DNA of 64,000 nt, from assembly GCA_001643675.2 (NCBI GenBank), contig LSRY02000021.1, positions 434,001 through 498,000 on the forward strand, written 5' to 3'. The position numbers and the translations under genes are program-made. The DNA is from Monocercomonoides exilis PA203. Its lineage: Eukaryota > Protista > Preaxostyla. Under the pieces are notes generated by a model. That model saw nothing but the letters and a program-made list of their open reading frames with translations. It searched no databases and was not told where the DNA came from. Shown one piece after another: positions 63,356-64,000 of the stretch (position 1 is the stretch's first letter; each line of letters begins with the position of its first letter).

Positions 63356-64000
63356 GTCATCATCATATTCCTTATCTCCTCCTCCTCCTCTCCGTCTCTC
63401 CCATGACTTCATCGTGCCCCAGCGCTTCTCTGACATCGAGCTGCGTATCATCTCTCTCTTCGTCCCTTACTTCCGCAAGTGCCTCGAATACTTCATTTCT
63501 GCCCTCGGCCTCTTCACCCAGCATCTCTACGAGTTCTTCACAGACGATGCTCAGCCCACCCTCGTCCCCTTCCAGCTGACTGAGCCCTCACGCAACTTTG
63601 TCATCGCCAACCGCCCGTACACCTCCAGCGTCTCTGCTGTCCCCTCTTACCGCCCTTCCCCTCTCTTCAAGTCTGTCCTCAACGGCGGCGGTGTTGGTGG
63701 CATCTCCATCCCAACCCCACCAGCCACCCCTCTGCCTTCAAGCTCCCCTTTCCCCCGCTCTTCTCCTCAGACTCCTTCCATCATCGCCTCTGCTGCCTCA
63801 CCTGCTGCAGGAGTGGGGATACCTGCCTCTATCAGCGCCTCCACCCAGATGCCCTCTGTCTCCCCACCTCCACTCAAACACCAGCTCCCAAAAATGAAGC
63901 TGAAAGTGCCCTCAGAACGAGACTTCCTCATGTTCTGGGCGCGGCTCGCAGTCGCCGACTTCGCAGAAGGTGTCCTCTTCACCCGCACTTTTGACTCGCT
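60197..64000 (+). CDS. Large Ser/Pro-rich hypothetical protein, 3'-truncated by the window; join(60197..60240,60296..>64000)
   Basis: ATG at 60197 and a phase-2 GT..CAG intron (60241-60295). The frame then reads open (MEQNRPKNGNAEEKRKSLLYSSD...FLMFWARLAVADFAEGVLFTRTFDS) in every segment I translated. It is absent from the ORF track, presumably because it has no stop inside the window. Confidence 0.75.

Noticed and set aside
61156-63988. Assorted His/Leu-rich and Glu-rich ORFs listed in the track
   Set aside because: They are alternative-frame or antisense shadows of the single long + strand Ser-rich ORF.
1-64000. Alternative genetic code (TAA/TAG as Gln)
   Set aside because: Multi-kb ORFs are open under the standard code, and conserved genes end properly at TAA, TAG or TGA.

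Overview
This is eukaryotic, AT-rich, gene-dense DNA with short spliceosomal introns and the standard genetic code. Gene families, Ser-rich low-complexity inserts and intron style suggest an oxymonad/metamonad protist such as Monocercomonoides, but that assignment is my inference. In order, the window holds: the 3' half of an ATM/Tel1 kinase; a retropepsin-like aspartyl protease; a hypothetical gene; a ~2650-aa beta-helix/TM/pseudokinase receptor-like gene; a 5-intron MalY/PatB C-S lyase head-to-head (45 bp) with an SBP2 homologue; a 24-32.4 kb accessory zone with two convergent Merlin/ISXO2 transposons and broken copies of an expanded gene family; a 5-intron PsuG with a GC-AG intron; a ~7750-aa dynein-heavy-chain-like gene whose catalytic AAA1 site is degenerate; NOB1; and a long Ser-rich ORF running off the window end. 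The best leads are the giant dynein pseudo-motor, the MalY-SBP2 pair, a strongly +4U 5' splice-site consensus and the Merlin pair. All gene models and motif matches were made by eye.
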